Assembly: GCA_002633005.1 (NCBI GenBank) | Contig: NMRA01000416.1 | Location: forward strand, 101,597-165,596 | From: Phoronis australis | Lineage: Eukaryota > Animalia > Phoronida | Reading direction: 5' to 3' | Length of the DNA: 64,000 nt | Part shown: piece after piece, positions 61,431 through 64,000 of the stretch | Layout of the letters: every line of letters starts with the position of its first letter | Position numbering within the stretch: the stretch's first letter is position 1 | Translations under genes and position numbers: made by a program | Notes under the pieces: model-generated | Told to the model about the DNA's origin: nothing | What the model saw: only the letters and a program-made list of their open reading frames with translations | Database searches by the model: none

Positions 61431-64000
61431 TGTTAGCATTAAGATTGTGACAATGTTAGAAATTGTGAAATTGTTTTCTAAATTTCAAAGAAACCTCAAA
61501 TCTCAGAACCTAAGTAGGGCAGTTACTTATTTTAGATAACTTATTACCTAAATGTGACCTACTGTTGGGTAAGTTACATTGTTAAAAACAGCACATGCTC
61601 AAAGATGACCAAATGCGAGGTAAAGCATTAGAGAATATAACTGCATCTGTATGTACTTTGCTTTTTATTCAGTCACCATATTTAACAAGTTTTCAACTTT
61701 CATACTGCTGTCAAAGTCAGTACAGCAAAATATTAAATGCAATTCCTTTAAATCAACAAAGGCAGTGTTACCAGCATGTTGTGTAAACAAGCATAATAAA
61801 TATCAATACAAACCATACACAAATATATGATCCAATTTAACCAAATGTGCAAGTATTAGCATTTAAAGCAATTTGTACTTTTCCAACATTTGAAATTATC
61901 TCATAATCAGGTGGTAGCAGCCACTGTATCTACAGTAAAATTTTGTCTATTTCGGACAAAAATAATTGCCAAAAATTACTCATTTTGATTTTTCAAGGAC
62001 ATTTAGCATTGTTGTGAAAACCCACAATTTTTCCCAATATTGTCTGTCAGCAGCTATGGTACGGACTTGGACATGACTCTGGATTCTTGTGGTACTGTAC
62101 ATTATTTATGAAAAAATAAGAAATATAATTTCACACGTGTCCTTATATTATTGTTTTATGCTTTTAGGGTTATTGTTTATTTTAATCATACTAGCCCAGC
62201 TACATGTTGAACTGCCAGTACAGTGTTTTCAAGGAATGCCTCTTGGAATACATTAATGTTTAATGCCTCTAGGGCTGTCGATTGTTTATTTAAATTAAGC
62301 TAGCCCAGCCACATGTTGACCTGGTGGGACTGTTATCAAGGAAGGCATGTGGGGGGGGGGGTGACCTATAAGCTTTCATTTGAACCAAATTCAAAAGGTT
62401 TTGGTACAGCCTAGACTCTACATGGATAACTGAAGAACTGTATGGATGTGAGTTTTGAATTTAAAATTGTCTTTATGTTGATGTGATTGTTAAGTAAAAT
62501 TACTTAGACTTCATTCATGAATCAGTAGTTTTGGTCTTACAAACAAAAGGAAGTTGTTTTTCTTACTGATTCAGCCAAATTGGAGGTTATAATGGTTAGG
62601 GAAAAGTACAACACAGATTTCAACTGAGTTAACTGGGGTTGAGACCAGAATCAACTAGTTTCCAAAACGTTGTCAAGTTACATATGTAACCAGTCCTTCA
62701 AAATAATCACTTAAATGAGACTGTAAAACTTAAAGTTTGTGTCAATTTTCACATATCTCTCAAGCTGTTTGATTCACAATAGTAACAACAAATTTTTACT
62801 TTGGTTTAATGGATGGTAACTATTGGGCACAAAATAAGATTAGCATATTGTATATTTAACTAATGGTAGGTGTTTTAACTGCCATCACCTTCAGTCATAC
62901 GCCAGTTCTCAGTCTGCAGTCAAACTACTGAACACAAGTTCAACTGTCTGTTCATACATGAGCAGAATAGCAAAAGTTCGTGCCTTTTTGCAGAAAGTGA
63001 AATGGCATTCATATTTAAGGTTTATGAATATTGAGTGACAATGTACTTGATGAAAGCCAGACACACTGCAGAGGTTATGAGGCAACAAGTTTAAGTTGAA
63101 AACACCGGAACAAATGGTGTACACAGCATCTCAAGGTTGGTTAGAACAAACATGGAAGCAAACAAGAGCGATCATCCCATATGATCCCTATGGAACACCA
63201 CTGATTGCTGTAATGCAGATTAGTCTGGAGTACAATGTGGTTAGAATGTCCACTAGTAGGTTAAAACTGGATAACCTCTGTAGTTGTTCTTTTCAACACC
63301 ATGGTAATATTGTAAAATGGAAAGGTATAATTTATGTTTGATGCCTTAGATAAATGAATGTTATTGGATGATATCGTTACAGTCGAAATATTGCAAATTT
63401 TAACATAGGCCTACAAGTTCAATGATAGCCCATTCAGTAGACTGATGTATCATGAAACCATATTGGGAAGCAAAAATAGTAATCGATGAAGTATTCGACA
63501 GTTTTCAAGTATTTTAGATGAACATGGGAAAAATAAATATGTTTATAATTGTTAAGAGTGATTTTTTTTCACTTGAGAAGTAATGAGGTAATTTAAAATA
63601 AAATGCTTAAATATGCTCAACATGCTGTTCTAAGCATGCCTTTCCATGGAGGAAAGTCAGATTTCATGGTTTTCTCCACTGGCATTAGACATATTTTGCG
63701 CCATATTCAATGCTAATAAACACCCCGTTGTGCGCGTTTCAATGCTCTGTGTTGCTGTTGTTAGTTTAGTCAGGTAAATAATATCATTGTTGCAATTATT
63801 ATAGATTTTATCATGCATTAAGAATAAAACATCTCAGTATATTGTAATTAAAGCTTGCATACATTCAAGTTGTTCTCTCTAGATACAATTTTGATTGTAA
63901 TACAAGTATTATTACTAACTGCCACTGTCGACACCTTTATAGGTTCTGTTATTCATTGTCATGTGATTTTGTTTTCCTTTCTAGTCATTATACATCAGAC

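Overview
AT-rich, intron-rich, repeat-dense animal genomic DNA from a draft assembly, with a 746-N gap and several single-N joins. A marine invertebrate such as a hemichordate is my guess from repeat content, not something the sequence proves. Most ORF-track entries are spurious; the real genes had to be rebuilt exon by exon from GT-AG sites and phase. Four host genes are present. (1) The last 4 coding exons of a GAP1-family RasGAP (RASA2/RASA3-like; PH and Btk motif), + strand, 1857-7202. (2) GPALPP1, - strand, 18636-10335, tail-to-tail with the RasGAP and lacking one conserved internal block. (3) A complete 9-coding-exon choline-phosphate cytidylyltransferase (PCYT1A/B-like, 371 aa), + strand, 31188-45612, probably sharing a head-to-head promoter with GPALPP1. 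(4) The last 2 exons of a kelch-repeat (KLHL-like) gene, - strand, 55252-54469. The rest is MITEs, foldback elements, SINEs, decayed transposons and minisatellites. The most unusual object is a 3,041-bp element at 26610-29650. It has 50-bp terminal inverted repeats starting CAC and a perfect 5-bp target-site duplication (GTTAT), the Transib/RAG-transposon end signature. It carries two inward-facing spliced units, one a decayed C2H2 zinc-finger gene. Other points: a 21-nt in-frame microexon candidate in the RasGAP, an apparent 4-nt intron shift in PCYT1, crossed poly(A) signals between convergent genes, and a transposon with a palindromic motif spaced about every 170 bp.
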